Part shown: one piece after another, positions 63,601-64,000 of the stretch
Numbering within the stretch: the first letter of the stretch is position 1
How the letters are laid out: every line of letters begins with the position of its first letter
Translations under genes and position numbers: made by a program
The notes under the pieces: generated by a model
Databases searched by the model: none
Told to the model about the DNA's origin: nothing
What the model saw: only the letters and a program-made list of their open reading frames with translations
NCBI GenBank assembly: GCA_001244265.2
Contig: CDLV01000016.1
Location: 310,001-374,000 of the forward strand
DNA: 64,000 nucleotides
Source: Microbotryum violaceum
Taxonomy: Eukaryota
Direction of reading: 5' to 3'

Positions 63601-64000
63601 TCCTGAGTACGCGACGGCGACGTGGGGGAACACAATCGCGGCAGTCTTGGACGACGGCGGCAATTGAGCGGGTCCCAAACTCTGCGCCTGGCTCGCATAC
63701 TGAGGCCGTGACTGCAGCATTCGATGTTGCTTTTGTTGGTGTTGTACGACTTGGGATATGGGATGTGACAGCATGGACGGCGGGTTTTGGTGAGTTGCGT
63801 CGTGACCGATGGCCTTGGCCGTTGTCGCCCAGGAACTCAGACCGGAATGAGGATGATGGAGCTTCGAGTCGTGGCCCTTCCGACCGGTCATAAGCGTCGC
63901 CGTCGATGCTCCTGTTGGCGCGGCGCTAGCGGCGACAGGGACCGCCTGCTGTTGCTGCTGCGAAGAAGACTGAGGATGACGGGACCACTGCTGACGACCA
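60659..64000 (-). CDS. Zn(II)2Cys6 fungal transcription factor; 5' end probably beyond the window
   Basis: KSCARCRIRK|VKCDRAFPVCNNCKIRNEEC across an intron, coiled coil ERLNRMEERL, helical C-terminal region over several exons. Confidence 0.88.

Overview
Eukaryotic, GC-rich, intron-dense fungal DNA. Gene content and splice signals (GTGAGY/GTAAGY donors, CTGAC/CTAAC branch points, YAG acceptors) point to a basidiomycete, plausibly Pucciniomycotina/Microbotryomycetes (inference). I reconstructed 13 spliced host genes by hand: an RRM+YTH RNA-binding protein, a DUF1769-like protein, an NADPH:quinone-reductase-like MDR enzyme with a PTS1, an SQS1-like R3H/G-patch protein, a GBD/FH3-like protein, a Medusa/MedA-like regulator, an HMG-box factor, IPC synthase AUR1, a histidine phosphatase, an ENA-type P-type ATPase, AP-3 beta, a questin-oxidase/AflY-like protein and a Zn2Cys6 factor running off the right edge. 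The main accessory element is an apparently full-length ~6 kb L1/Tx1-like non-LTR retrotransposon on the minus strand (~31956-37975). It has a (TAGA)n tail, overlapping ORF1/ORF2, three one-base frameshifts all in C-runs before G, and a periodic poly-G/poly-C tract plus a palindrome near its presumed 5' end. Most short ORFs in the six-frame track are shadows of these genes. I found no CRISPR array, rRNA or convincing tRNA, and no demonstrably new system. The best leads are the LINE termini and frameshift pattern, and the atypical domain features of the regulators. Family names come from motif recognition, not database searches.
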